A DNA stretch of 63,894 nucleotides, counting the filler, from Octopus bimaculoides (lineage: Eukaryota), in assembly GCF_001194135.2 (NCBI RefSeq). It is 6 parts of 4 records of this genome, joined end to end, with 100 filler letters (N's around TTAATTAATTAA, not from the genome) between each part and the next. Parts side by side here need not be neighbours in the genome. Positions count along the whole stretch, not along the records: positions 61,382 to 63,894 come from NC_069004.1; 5 more parts are not named here. The stretch is one strand, 5' to 3'. The notes under the pieces are model-generated. The model saw only the letters and a program-made list of their open reading frames with translations. It was not told where the DNA came from and searched no databases. This document shows, one piece after another, positions 61,733-63,894 of this stretch (positions are counted from its first letter, which is position 1; each line of letters starts with the position of its first letter). The translations under genes were made by a program, and so were the position numbers.

Positions 61733-62032
61733 CAGATTTGTATCTTTTGATATATGCATGTGTTCTCATGCATATAGTTGCATGTCTAGACGTGCTCGTA
61801 TATACTTCAATGATAAACTTCTGGAAAGTTTTACAGATCTTTACAGTTGCAGTGATGTCTTTGTTCTGTAGTCTTCGAATCAGGTTTTCCCTTTCTGGTA
61901 TTGAGAAGCCTACTTTCTCAAGATTGGTATTTAGGCAGTGTGTCACATATCCCGGTGCTCCAATAAATACAGGTATAAGCGTGAACTTGTAATCAGGATA
62001 GAATATCTGTAGATTCCTCAATAGTTTAGATG
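61733..62032 (-). mobile_element. R4/Dong-clade LINE 3' end, 5'-truncated, flanked by (CATA)-type repeats
   Basis: LLRNLQIFYPDYKFTLIPVFIGAPGYVTHCLNTNLEKVGFS...LQNKDITATVKICKTFQKF. Confidence 0.88.
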
Positions 62033-62069
62033 TTATGTATGTACACATGTATGTATACATGAATGCATG

Positions 62070-62107
<38 letters not shown>

Positions 62108-62748
62108 CATACACACACACACTCACACATATATATATATATATGTATNNNNNNNNNNNNNNNNNNNNNNNNNNNNNNNNNNNNNNNNNNNNNNNNNNNN
62201 NNNNNNNNNNNNNNNNNNNNNNNNNNNNNNNNNNNNNNNNNNNNNNNNNNNNNNNNNNNNNNNNNNNNNNNNNNNNNNNNNNNNNNNNNNNNNNNNNNNN
62301 NNNNNNNNNNNNNNNNNNNNNNNNNNNNNNNNNNNNNNNNNNNNNNNNNNNNNNNNNNNNNNNNNNNNNNNNNNNNNNNNNNNNNNNNNNNNNNNNNNNN
62401 NNNNNNNNNNNNNNNNNNNNNNNNNNNNNNNNNNNNNNNNNNNNNNNNNNNNNNNNNNNNNNNNNNNNNNNNNNNNNNNNNNNNNNNNNNNNNNNNNNNN
62501 NNNNNNNNNNNNNNNNNNNNNNNNNNNNNNNNNNNNNNNNNNNNNNNNNNNNNNNNNNNNNNNNNNNNNNNNNNNNNNNNNNNNNNNNNNNNNNNNNNNN
62601 NNNNNNNNNNNNNNNNNNNNNNNNNNNNNNNNNNNNNNNNNNNNNNNNNNNNNNNNNNNNNNNNNNNNNNNNNNNNNNNNNNNNNNNNNNNNNNNNNNNN
62701 NNNNNNNNNNNNNNNNNNNNNNNNNNNNNNNNNNNNNNNNNNNNNNNN

Positions 62749-62781
<33 letters not shown>

Positions 62782-63053
62782 TATACATACATATATGTAT
62801 GTATAAATATATATAAATGTATATATATGGAGGCTTGCTTGTATATGTATATATATGCATATATGGTCGTGTGGACGGATGCATGCATGTGCATATAACT
62901 ATATATTTATATACGAATTTTGTTCTTTAAGTGTATATGCATCCATGAATGAATTCTTGTGTGAACATAAGAATGCATGCAGATATACAAACATCAATAC
63001 ATTCACACACTCACACTCACACACACGCACACACACACACACAAACACACACA

Positions 63054-63090
<37 letters not shown>

Positions 63091-63224
63091 TATATATAAT
63101 ATGCACACATATATCTTGATGTAAATATACACATTATATATATTCTTTTACCGTTTTATGCGTTTCAGCCCAAAGGCTGTGGCTATATTGGTGCACCATC
63201 AGTATCGTCACTAATGGCCATCTT

Positions 63225-63790
63225 CTAACGGCTTTTGATGAATCAGGGAATTTGATATTGCTGCCCTCATTGGATTATCTTGCCGTGATGTACGTTCGTT
63301 TGGGATCTTGGACAGTAAACTGTCAGTGCTTCTTGAAAGCATATATCCCAAACTTAGTTTTTCTGACAAGATATTAAATAGTTATGGGTCTTTGAATGCA
63401 GTTCTATTGCAGTACCTGGTGCTTATTCTAGACGTAAAAGGCGGGACCTTTGGAACAGTGTAATGGCGTCGTGTACGGTGACTGGTAAAACTTTCGATGC
63501 CAAAGTTTGACGCTGGCTCCTTTAGGACCTCCATATGTATATCATCGCATATTCCTCCCGTCTTCGCTCAACGAAGTAGAGTGGTAATTTTTTCAATCCC
63601 TCCCAGTGGCTCAGATGTTTCACTGATGCAATCTACTTGGTGTAGCCCCGTTGAACTGCCTTGAGCTCTGCTATTGCTTGAACAAAGAAAGAATCCCATT
63701 GTTCCAAGTGCATTTGAATGCTTAACCAAACGGATCATCAAGGAACAGTTTATTGCATTCCGTTCTGACAACGCATCCAAATGCACTTGC
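63225..63790 (-). mobile_element. CR1-type LINE C-terminal relic
   Basis: AVQRGYTK...WEGLKKLPLYFVERRREEYAMIYIW...RYCNRTAFKDP*LFNIL...KIPNERTSRQDNPMRAAISNSLIHQ. Confidence 0.85.
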
Positions 63791-63894
63791 AAAATAAGTT
63801 ATATTAGGCAAAGAAAAAAAACAACACAGAGTTAGACAAGCGAAAAGATGTTACTGAATGTATATAATGAATGCACACACACGCGCGCGCACAC

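Overview
Eukaryotic, highly repetitive animal genomic DNA with many N gaps. The SINE/LINE families and the (TA)n/(TACA)n/(CA)n/triplet microsatellite load point to a cephalopod, most likely Octopus (inferred from recalled repeat families, not from a search). No host protein-coding gene, rRNA, true tRNA or CRISPR array can be supported, and nearly all listed ORFs are microsatellite or gap artefacts. The window is a transposon graveyard. It holds tRNA-derived SINEs of several modular families, and LINE relics of the RTE (at least two lineages), R4/Dong, CR1-like and Penelope groups. DNA-transposon relics include a DD37D maT, a DD34D mariner, Tc1, FLYWCH-MULE, hAT, Helentron-type HINEs and MITEs. 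The most notable observations are: (1) an about 1.5 kb ORF1-only (HAL1-like) L1/Tx1 derivative with a poly(A) tail whose 5' part is inverted, with a 5-bp overlap at the breakpoints (17640-19139); (2) an isolated, structured RTE 5'UTR that is a candidate self-cleaving RNA (8946-9135); (3) several fold-back structures, including a spacerless perfect palindrome of at least 312 bp (48405-48716); (4) a stop-free Penelope GIY-YIG segment that has lost its Cys ligands. Five TTAATTAATTAA spacers inside N runs are assembly joins, so adjacency across them is not trustworthy. Coordinates of degenerate repeats are approximate (about +/-10-20 bp), and family names rest on recalled motifs, not alignments.
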